From a virus (Duplodnaviria; Heunggongvirae; Uroviricota; Caudoviricetes): a stretch of DNA of 64,000 nucleotides. The stretch lies in the IMG/VR virus record IMGVR_UViG_3300008107_000002. One strand, given 5' to 3'. Below the pieces are notes generated by a model that saw only the letters and a program-made list of their open reading frames with translations, ran no database searches and had not been told where the DNA came from. The first letter of the stretch is position 1, and every line of letters begins with the position of its first letter. Both the position numbers and the translations under genes were made by a program. This document shows, one piece after another, positions 57,612-64,000 of this stretch.

Positions 57612-58253
57612 TTATACTTTTAGTATAGTGTCTACAAAATTTAAAAGCAATGGATAATGGCGGCCTTGATGATATTTTCCCTGCATCCAGCTATAACTCT
57701 CGTACCAGTGTTTTTCACTTTCTGGATGACAACCAATTAGCCCAATTCTGTTTTGTATTATCGCCATTGGGTCACCGTTTGCATAGGTTGCAATGGTTTG
57801 ATATTTTCCCTTACCTACCAACGCACAGCCGTCATAAAAATACATCTGCTCTTGCCTACCATTCCATGTTACATCTAAATTTTTAGCATGTGGTCTGTGT
57901 GTATCAGTTTTTGGGCGTGTTATATATTGCACAGCATCTACACCTTCTAACATATCTAGGTAATGCTGTCCTGCCCAATAGGCACCCATACAAATTCCTA
58001 GATACGCTCCTCCGTGTTGCACAAACTCTTTTATTTTATCGCCATTTTCACCTAACAAGTAATCAAAACGACCTGCATCACCAAATCCTCCGGGGATACA
58101 AACAAGATCCACGTCGTCAAAAAAATCCCGCTCAAGTTCATGGCGGGTAAAAATTTTAAAATTATATTTGGATCCTAGGGCTCGCATAATTCCATTACCG
58201 CTCTGAACTGAACAGTAAGGTTGATGCAGGAATAGTGCAATGCGACCTTTCAT
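57612..58253 (-). CDS. class I glutamine-amidotransferase-like (BPL_N / GATase3-like) protein
   Basis: 213 aa; LVCIPGGFGD and nucleophile-elbow-like GAYLGICMGAY. Confidence 0.5.
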   Translation of the reverse strand: MKGRIALFLHQPYCSVQSGNGIMRALGSKYNFKIFTRHELERDFFDDVDLVCIPGGFGDAGRFDYLLGENGDKIKEFVQHGGAYLGICMGAYWAGQHYLDMLEGVDAVQYITRPKTDTHRPHAKNLDVTWNGRQEQMYFYDGCALVGKGKYQTIATYANGDPMAIIQNRIGLIGCHPESEKHWYESYSWMQGKYHQGRHYPLLLNFVDTILKV

Positions 58254-58266
58254 ACTTGTATTTACA

Positions 58267-59049
58267 TTATCTTCCTATGTACACTTTGGGTTCAGCTTCG
58301 GCCCGTCTCCGTTCTTCTGTTTTAGGAAACAAATCATTGCCGTACTGAGGATACTTCTGCTGGCGGTCATAAGCTACATACATAAACATACCGCCCATAA
58401 CAAATATCATTGCCATGATAAAAAGACCTATTACAAATTCTTCCTGTAATTTTTTTAATTTTGCCTGTCTGCGTTTATCCTCAAGAACTTGACGCTTCAT
58501 TTGGTTTTTAATCAGAATACTTTGCTCTTTACTCATCTGCCGCATCATCTCTTCTACTTCCGTGTAAAGAGCACCCAATTCAGGAGGACTTTGATATATC
58601 ATTAACTCTCTTAACTCAACTTCCATTTGTTGAAGTTGTTTTCTCATTAGTACACGTTGTAGAGCACGTTTGCCTATACTGTCTTCGCCGTGATATACTT
58701 CTGTTTTGGCACGGCGTTCTTCTTCTTCAAAAATTGCCATGCATTTGTAGAAGTTATCATAGTAGGTGCCAAGATGATTGCCAATTTCGGTATAAATGCC
58801 AGTTGTTTCTCCTGCATTAGCTTTTTTGTTAAGATCTATTACACGAGCTTTTTCTTCATTGAACTGACGTTTTTGTTCGTTTGTAGCAGGTTTTTCTGGA
58901 GGATGTAGTTTTTTAAATTGGTCGTCGAGATCCTTGAGGACGTCTTTCACTTCCCCAGCGGCACCTTTTATATCTTTATAAAGTTTACATCCTGCTTTAA
59001 CAGCACTGACTGCACCATTGGCTAATGCAAACAGCGTTAATGGATCCAT
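58267..59049 (-). CDS. coiled-coil protein with C-terminal TM anchor
   Basis: 260 aa; long charged heptad region then LFIMAMIFVMGGMFMYVAY. Confidence 0.55.
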   Translation of the reverse strand: MDPLTLFALANGAVSAVKAGCKLYKDIKGAAGEVKDVLKDLDDQFKKLHPPEKPATNEQKRQFNEEKARVIDLNKKANAGETTGIYTEIGNHLGTYYDNFYKCMAIFEEEERRAKTEVYHGEDSIGKRALQRVLMRKQLQQMEVELRELMIYQSPPELGALYTEVEEMMRQMSKEQSILIKNQMKRQVLEDKRRQAKLKKLQEEFVIGLFIMAMIFVMGGMFMYVAYDRQQKYPQYGNDLFPKTEERRRAEAEPKVYIGR

Positions 59050-59091
59050 TTGCCCTCCAACCCAGTATACATTATTTAAAGGTTTGGCCGT

Positions 59092-59114
59092 AAAAAAAGG
59101 GCCAGTGGCCCTTA
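59092..59114 (-). terminator. rho-independent terminator (minus strand) after 59138..59356
   Basis: hairpin aagggcc-act-ggccctt followed on the minus strand by TTTTTTT (plus-strand aaaaaaa at 59092-59098). Confidence 0.5.
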
Positions 59115-59137
59115 TTATGTGCGTAGTTAACTATAAT

Positions 59138-59356
59138 TTATTCTTTAATTCCGAGGGTTTCTGGACTATGATTTAATCTATTACCTCTTTCATCTGAATA
59201 GAATACAGCATCCTTATCTGTTATTGTAACAGTTAAGTCGCAATGTAACAGGTCATAATCTGTAAATTCAAAATCATCTGTGTAAACACGAAATCGATAT
59301 ACCCCGTCCCCACACCAAATTAAATGTCCTTCTACGCCCTCTGCGGATAATTTCAT
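59138..59356 (-). CDS. small hypothetical protein
   Basis: 72 aa ORF. Confidence 0.45.
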   Translation of the reverse strand: MKLSAEGVEGHLIWCGDGVYRFRVYTDDFEFTDYDLLHCDLTVTITDKDAVFYSDERGNRLNHSPETLGIKE

Positions 59357-59595
59357 TTGCGTAATCCTTTAATTTCTTTATATTTAACACGTATAAAATT
59401 GTGCCAAGTCTTATCAATTTTTATGGGCAAGTCTAAATGTATAGATACCATAGGGCCTTCTAATTCATTACGCATGTTGTCAGTATAGACAGTACCAACA
59501 TAAGGAATCTTTTGGTATATCCCCTCAACTCTATCTCCAACATTATATTTGGGTTTAGGTCGATGTTCGGCAAAGTATTCAGCAAGGGTACTCAT
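59353..59595 (-). CDS. small hypothetical protein
   Basis: 80 aa ORF in ATGA-coupled chain. Confidence 0.45.
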   Translation of the reverse strand: MSTLAEYFAEHRPKPKYNVGDRVEGIYQKIPYVGTVYTDNMRNELEGPMVSIHLDLPIKIDKTWHNFIRVKYKEIKGLRK

Positions 59596-59996
59596 ATGTC
59601 TTCTAGCCGAGCGTAACGGTCAACTGGTTCACCATTTAATGCCTTCCACACTTCTTCTTTTGTGGTATACAGTAAATGATGTCTTTCTAAACAGTATCTA
59701 CGATCCTCGTCATCCATTTTATACCATTCTGTAACTGCGGTATAACTGCCATATGCATCCGATGGCATGCAATCGTTCATCCACCCTACTAACCTTTTTA
59801 GTGCAGAAATATTATTTGAAGGATGACTACGTTGTACTGCGGCCGCAAAATCATTCGCCAGCACGGCAGTAAAAAAACCGCCTGGATCAAATCCAAAGAT
59901 TAGGTAGTTGTACATAGGATCGGCAAAGTCTTTGTCAACTTCCCATTTACTAAAAGTTGCTCGTAGCCGCCCTTTACTGTATTCAGTTAGTTTCAT
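59592..59996 (-). CDS. hypothetical protein
   Basis: 134 aa ORF in ATGA-coupled chain. Confidence 0.5.
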   Translation of the reverse strand: MKLTEYSKGRLRATFSKWEVDKDFADPMYNYLIFGFDPGGFFTAVLANDFAAAVQRSHPSNNISALKRLVGWMNDCMPSDAYGSYTAVTEWYKMDDEDRRYCLERHHLLYTTKEEVWKALNGEPVDRYARLEDI

Positions 59997-60337
59997 TTTT
60001 TCATCTCCGCAAGTTTACCAAATCCAAATTCTAGTTCAATCCACGGACGATCCGCATCATCACTCCACGCTCGGTCACCAGAAACATAAGCACGGGTAGC
60101 AACTTCGTCTAAAACTTTCGCCACAATCAACTCGGCGAACTTTTTTGTATCAAAGTGTAACTGCCCGTCTACTAACGCACCATCTACACGATGACTCCAA
60201 CATTGCTTTTCTAATTCTTCGATTTTGTTGTTTGACATAGATTTAATTTTGTAAGCATATGGCCCTTTACTACAGACATGTGCAACGTCAAAGTCTGGAT
60301 AAGTATCTCCACAATGTATACATGTAAGTCGATTCAT
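59993..60337 (-). CDS. Zn-ribbon + MNxKIExLEKQ/KFAELIV family member 2 (fused)
   Basis: likely starts at MNRLTCIHCGDTYPDFDVAHVC (ATGA overlap with the upstream small ORF); internal MSNNKIEELEKQ...KKFAELIVAK. Confidence 0.55.
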   Translation of the reverse strand: MNRLTCIHCGDTYPDFDVAHVCSKGPYAYKIKSMSNNKIEELEKQCWSHRVDGALVDGQLHFDTKKFAELIVAKVLDEVATRAYVSGDRAWSDDADRPWIELEFGFGKLAEMKK

Positions 60338-60492
60338 AGTCCTACTTGCTTTCCAAAAATACAATACACCTCAAACCATTTAGAGGGAGGATTCTCTAAC
60401 CAATATGGATTCTCACGGAATGTGATTTCCCAATCTCTTGACCATTGAAAATGCCTAGTGCCAAATCTAATGTTAAACCAAAGGTTGCTCAT
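60335..60492 (-). CDS. small Trp-rich ORF (52 aa) bridging family members by ATGA overlaps
   Basis: ATG overlaps the stop of 60489..60698; stop overlaps the MNRL ATG. Confidence 0.3.
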
Positions 60493-60698
60493 TCTTCAAC
60501 TCCGAAATGCCTTTTAATTTGATATTGAATATCTAAAGGATGTGCTTGACTGAATTTAGAACCAACTTCGGCACATTCCCTAACAATCAACTCGGCGAAC
60601 TTTTTACGATTGAAACTTTCAGTAGTAGAAGTACCGTTTAGTCCACACTTCACTGTCTCCGTCGCCTGTCTTTCAAGTTGTTGAATTCGTTCATTCAT
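60489..60698 (-). CDS. family member 3 of MNERIQ/KFAELIV small proteins
   Basis: 69 aa; MNERIQQLERQ...KKFAELIVRECAEVG...HFGVEE*. Confidence 0.6.
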   Translation of the reverse strand: MNERIQQLERQATETVKCGLNGTSTTESFNRKKFAELIVRECAEVGSKFSQAHPLDIQYQIKRHFGVEE

Positions 60699-60952
60699 TC
60701 TTCAACTCCGAAATGTTGTTTGATACGCTGATTGATAGCTTGAGCAGTGTGTATTGGTTCAACAGTATTAGTATTATTCTTGCCAACCCAAGTAGAACAC
60801 GCCATACATTTCCGAATAATCAACAGGGCGAACTTTTCCAACTCTGGGTACGGAGTATTCTCAAACGTGCCAGCGCCATATTCGTGGGCGTGTTCTTCAA
60901 GTATCTTAACCAATCCAGCCTGTTCAGCAAGTTCTTGAATTTGTTTGTTCAT
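60695..60952 (-). CDS. family member 4 of MNxxIQ/KFAxLIx small proteins
   Basis: 85 aa from MNKQIQELAEQ (ATGA overlap with the upstream Zn-ribbon ORF); ...KFALLIIRKCMACSTW...HFGVEE*. Confidence 0.6.
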   Translation of the reverse strand: MNKQIQELAEQAGLVKILEEHAHEYGAGTFENTPYPELEKFALLIIRKCMACSTWVGKNNTNTVEPIHTAQAINQRIKQHFGVEE

Positions 60953-61191
60953 AGCCGCTCTCCGCAATGTGGACACTTTTTAGCACTGGCATTACGCATT
61001 TCTTTCAGTGTACGATTTAGTTTACGTGCATCGCTTAATAGACGACGGATAGCGTTCTTATTTCTATCCCCTTTACTCTTGCTCAATTCTTCCTTAAGGT
61101 GCAACTTCATTTTATTCAGACGACCCTCAAAGATTTCAATAAAGCCCGTTATACCCAGACTAGAGCTTGCCGAGGTACTACTTGTGTTCAT
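60949..61191 (-). CDS. small C-terminal zinc-ribbon protein
   Basis: 80 aa; MNTSSTSASSS..., charged helix, C-terminal KKCPHCGERL; ATGA-coupled on both sides. Confidence 0.5.
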   Translation of the reverse strand: MNTSSTSASSSLGITGFIEIFEGRLNKMKLHLKEELSKSKGDRNKNAIRRLLSDARKLNRTLKEMRNASAKKCPHCGERL

Positions 61192-61382
61192 TCATCAACT
61201 CCGAAATGTTTTCCAATCTTATCATGGATCAACCATGTGTGTTTACATTCTTCTGTGTCGGGGGTATGATACTTGGCAACAGCCATACATTTCTTCACAA
61301 TCAACTCGGCGAATTTTATTTCTTGTTCAGTTGCTTGTGTGCCATAAACCTGTTCAGCCAGTTGCTTGATTTTTTGATTCAT
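61188..61382 (-). CDS. family member 5 of MNQKIKQLAEQ/KFAELIV small proteins
   Basis: 64 aa from MNQKIKQLAEQ...IKFAELIVKKCMAVAKYHTPDTEECKHTW...HFGVDE*. Confidence 0.55.
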   Translation of the reverse strand: MNQKIKQLAEQVYGTQATEQEIKFAELIVKKCMAVAKYHTPDTEECKHTWLIHDKIGKHFGVDE

Positions 61383-61602
61383 TGGTTTTATCCAAACTTG
61401 GCGTGATTCTTTCCAATTCATCTGCATGTGCAAAGCGTTGCGGGGGATTCAAATTCCAACTGTCTGCAGAGAATATCTTAACAGGTTTCCAATATTTGTG
61501 AATAATATTGTTGATGACAACAATAGCCGCAACAACAACTATAAAGCCTAACGCTGTTAAAATACTGCCTGCTAAAAATACTGCCGCCTGATCCATATCC
61601 AT
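61354..61602 (-). CDS. small membrane protein
   Basis: 82 aa; N-terminal helix AAVFLAGSILTALGFIVVVAAIVVI. Confidence 0.35.
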   Translation of the reverse strand: MDMDQAAVFLAGSILTALGFIVVVAAIVVINNIIHKYWKPVKIFSADSWNLNPPQRFAHADELERITPSLDKTNESKNQATG

Positions 61603-61605
61603 TTT

Positions 61606-61839
61606 TTAATCTCCGCCAAAATATGCTATAACCGCGTCTAAATGATGTACTAGTATTTCGTTTATACTCACGTCTTCGGGGTGCATCCAATAGCCCGTAG
61701 GATTAGCATCTGTACGTGGATTTTTCCTCCACTGCTTCAATTCTTTTTTAAGATATGAACGACATTCTTTTAAATTTAAAACTGTAATCCGATCGGCAGC
61801 TTCGCCGTCTAACGTAATAGGCCCAACTCGATTGCTCAT
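61606..61839 (-). CDS. small hypothetical protein
   Basis: 77 aa ORF. Confidence 0.45.
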   Translation of the reverse strand: MSNRVGPITLDGEAADRITVLNLKECRSYLKKELKQWRKNPRTDANPTGYWMHPEDVSINEILVHHLDAVIAYFGGD

Positions 61840-61861
61840 ATTATCACCTTAAAAAATAAAA

Positions 61862-63145
61862 TTACTTGTTTATTATAATGTCATTTCCGATAAAATTGCA
61901 AGAAGTTTTTATTTCATTTGTTAAAGAATCGATTCCTTTTTGTATAAGTCCTGCAGTATTTGGATAGTGACCGGCAAACTTGTAGTCAAGTAACAACGGT
62001 TTTTCCTTTTCTTCAAAATATCTATTTTTGAATAGTAATTCAAAATCAGCAGGGGGTTCTCCGTACTGCTCTAGAAAATTAATAACTTCTCGAACTTCAT
62101 CAAAGAAAGATGATTTTATAAATTTAAATGTTGGCTCAGTATTATCATTATTGCATTCAATGTAGTTAAAATGTGATACATTAGAATGTGTTTGTGTATA
62201 TGGATTCCTATAAGACCCTAATGCTAGGGTGTCAAGAGACATAGTATGGAGATATTGAGGATCCATATGATGGACAAAACTCATATACCTTTCTTTGTCT
62301 TTTAAATTTTTATTAACTAATCTTAAACATTTTAAATTTTTAATTCTGTCAAAAATCGTTTCAGTTAAACATTCTTTAATGTTAATATATTGATGTTTCC
62401 CATCAAAATTTTCAATCAAATAATCACCGTTTTGTATGTAGGGATTTTTTAAAACTGCGTCAAGGGTCATTGGACGTAATTCTTTATTTTGATAAATTGC
62501 CTGAACACTTATTTCATCTGGACATATATTTTCAAATGTTAATTTTAAATCGTTTTCTAAAATTCCTATGTCAGTGTGATCTTGATTCATGTGTGCAATG
62601 ATATCTACTAGAATATTCATATTCCGTTTTCGAATCTCTTTGGCCAGCTCAAAGATTCGTTCTTGAGTTTCTGGAACACGTTTTTGTTTAATTAATGTTT
62701 TTCTATCAAAGGATTGCAGACATAGAATTGCGTTATCAAAATGATATTCTTCTAGCACATCTAATAGTTCGGGCGTCCAGTACGCTGGATGAATTTCAAA
62801 AGTTTTTACACCTTTTGATTCCTTAAATCCCGGCAACAAATTTAAAATATTTTTTAATGTTTCCGGTTTCATCATTGACGGAGTACCGCCACCAAAGAAC
62901 CAGTTGCCTATTAAATTATTTTTTTCTTCTAAAATGGGACGATAAAGATCGATAATGTTTGGCAGGTAATTATTATAATATTCTGAATAAGTTAATTCAT
63001 CTTTTAATAAAACACCTGCGTAGATGCAGTACTTACAAATTGATGGACAAAATGGACTATGAACGTAGACGCTTATAGGGTTTGTACTGCTTGCCCATTT
63101 ATTTTTGATGTATTCAAATTCTACTGGGTCGTATCTTTTATGCAT
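61862..63145 (-). CDS. radical SAM enzyme, HemN/HemW-like (class C-like; no SPASM cluster)
   Basis: 427 aa; SVYVHSPFCPSICKYCIY = CX3CX2C near N-terminus as in HemN-like rSAMs; GGGTPS-like FFGGGTPSMM SAM-binding motif. Confidence 0.8.
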   Translation of the reverse strand: MHKRYDPVEFEYIKNKWASSTNPISVYVHSPFCPSICKYCIYAGVLLKDELTYSEYYNNYLPNIIDLYRPILEEKNNLIGNWFFGGGTPSMMKPETLKNILNLLPGFKESKGVKTFEIHPAYWTPELLDVLEEYHFDNAILCLQSFDRKTLIKQKRVPETQERIFELAKEIRKRNMNILVDIIAHMNQDHTDIGILENDLKLTFENICPDEISVQAIYQNKELRPMTLDAVLKNPYIQNGDYLIENFDGKHQYINIKECLTETIFDRIKNLKCLRLVNKNLKDKERYMSFVHHMDPQYLHTMSLDTLALGSYRNPYTQTHSNVSHFNYIECNNDNTEPTFKFIKSSFFDEVREVINFLEQYGEPPADFELLFKNRYFEEKEKPLLLDYKFAGHYPNTAGLIQKGIDSLTNEIKTSCNFIGNDIIINK

Positions 63146-63182
63146 GAATGACGATACTATATAGGTATAAATGTCAAAGAAA

Positions 63183-63689
63183 TTAACTATTCAATACTTT
63201 AGCAACACTATTCATAACACTGGCAATACGTCCAATATCACGTAGGTTCTCTACTGTGTAGCCTTCCGTCTTGAGTGTTTCATAATGTGCCTTAACACAG
63301 AAGTGACACTTGCCAACAATACTTGCGGCAAGACTGAATGCTTCGAAGTTGGCTTTAGTTGTACCGCCGTGGCTGGCAATGGCATTCATGCGTAACTGTG
63401 CCGGCAATCCTTTTAATGCTGGATCATCAGCCATTTCAACATATGGGTACCACACATTGTTGGTCGCCATAATTGACGCCGCTGTCATCGCCGGTTCAGC
63501 ATACACCGGATTGTCCGCAAGCATAATGCTCAACAACTTACCATTTCCTGTTGCCGCTAATGCCGCTACAGCACAGCCCATTGCTACATCAGCATCAAGA
63601 GTGCTACGCAATAACACAGCATCAATGTTTAACCGTGTATCTTTGGCATAATCTGGTAATGCTGGTTTAACTACATCAATAAAACTCAT
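63183..63689 (-). CDS. AhpD-like / carboxymuconolactone-decarboxylase-family protein
   Basis: 168 aa; AhpD core motif CxxCxxxH (CHFCVKAH) near the C-terminus. Confidence 0.7.
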   Translation of the reverse strand: MSFIDVVKPALPDYAKDTRLNIDAVLLRSTLDADVAMGCAVAALAATGNGKLLSIMLADNPVYAEPAMTAASIMATNNVWYPYVEMADDPALKGLPAQLRMNAIASHGGTTKANFEAFSLAASIVGKCHFCVKAHYETLKTEGYTVENLRDIGRIASVMNSVAKVLNS

Positions 63690-63718
63690 TTTGTTTTCCT
63701 TTTAATATTATTCATTCT

Positions 63719-63842
63719 TCAACTCCAAAACAATTTTTTAACGAAACTAAAAACAATCATAAAAATTGTAAAGTAAGCAGTCGCACCTATCATTAGCAGA
63801 TATACAATGGCCCAGCAACCTGCTCGTTCTCCTTCGTTCATT
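63719..63842 (-). CDS. small membrane ORF (41 aa) whose 3' end carries the family junction motif
   Basis: MNEGERAGCWAIVYLLMIGATAYFTIFMIVFSF...; 3' sequence ttttggagttgaagaatga is one substitution away from the family 3' motif tttcggagttgaagaatga. Confidence 0.25.
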
Positions 63843-64000
63843 TCTTTTCCTTACAGTTATCAAAATGCCATCTTGTCATTGATCCACCGCTACCTACTTT
63901 ACCGCAATGCGGACAGGTAAAAGTTTCCTTCTTACCTTGATTAGCCTGGCGTAGTTTTTCTTTAGTTTCCTCGCTTGGTGTTTTACCATAACTTGGATTA
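63839..64000 (-). CDS. C-terminal fragment of a GIY-YIG (Seg/I-TevI-like) homing endonuclease; gene continues beyond the window
   Basis: partial: ...NPSYGKTPSEETKEKLRQANQGKKETFTCPHCGKVGSGGSMTRWHFDNCKEKK*; the xSEETKxKLxxAxxGK linker and Zn-finger are typical of GIY-YIG endonuclease C-halves. Confidence 0.55.

Noticed and set aside
63146-63182. Possible promoter upstream of the radical SAM gene (TTGACA at 63177-63172, TATAGT-like box)
   Set aside because: Spacer is only about 10 nt; the gene is more likely co-transcribed with the AhpD-like gene upstream

Overview
The window is AT-rich (roughly one-third GC by eye) and very gene-dense. Nearly all genes are on the minus strand; the exceptions are a PhoH gene, a Pro/Ala/Lys-repeat gene and one ORF next to a tRNA. 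The content points to a T4-like (Tevenvirinae/Straboviridae-type) marine myophage segment carrying early and auxiliary genes plus some structural genes (inference). T4-type hallmarks are a gp43-like family B DNA polymerase, a gp44-like clamp loader, an rIIA/rIIB pair, a tRNA, a partial Seg-like GIY-YIG endonuclease at the 3' edge, and chains of ATGA-overlapping small genes driven by canonical TTGACA-17-TATAAT promoters. Recognisable auxiliary genes cover several themes. Proteostasis: ClpA-like unfoldase, ClpP, DnaJ, GroES-like, peptide deformylase. Membrane and stress: a BI-1/YccA-like protein and an SPFH/band-7 protein (FtsH-modulator candidates), SufC plus a short SufD, Dps, an AhpD-like protein and a HemN-like radical SAM. 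Metabolism and repair: PhoH, MazG, UvdE, QueD/PTPS-like, UDP-glucuronate decarboxylase, two cytidylyltransferase paralogs and a D-Ala-D-Ala carboxypeptidase. Lysis and structure: a GH19 endolysin with spanin-like genes, and a 2270-aa adhesin-like structural protein with cadherin-like repeats and an internal duplication, followed by two paralogous fibre-like genes. The most unusual feature is a family of at least five small paralogous genes with conserved N-terminal (MNxRIQxLxEQ), KFAELIV and C-terminal HFGVEE* motifs. These sit in a translationally coupled tandem array with zinc-ribbon ORFs, share identical DNA blocks and lie next to a HemN-like radical SAM and an AhpD-like gene; this locus is a candidate undescribed system. 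All functional calls come from motif recognition by eye, with no database searches.
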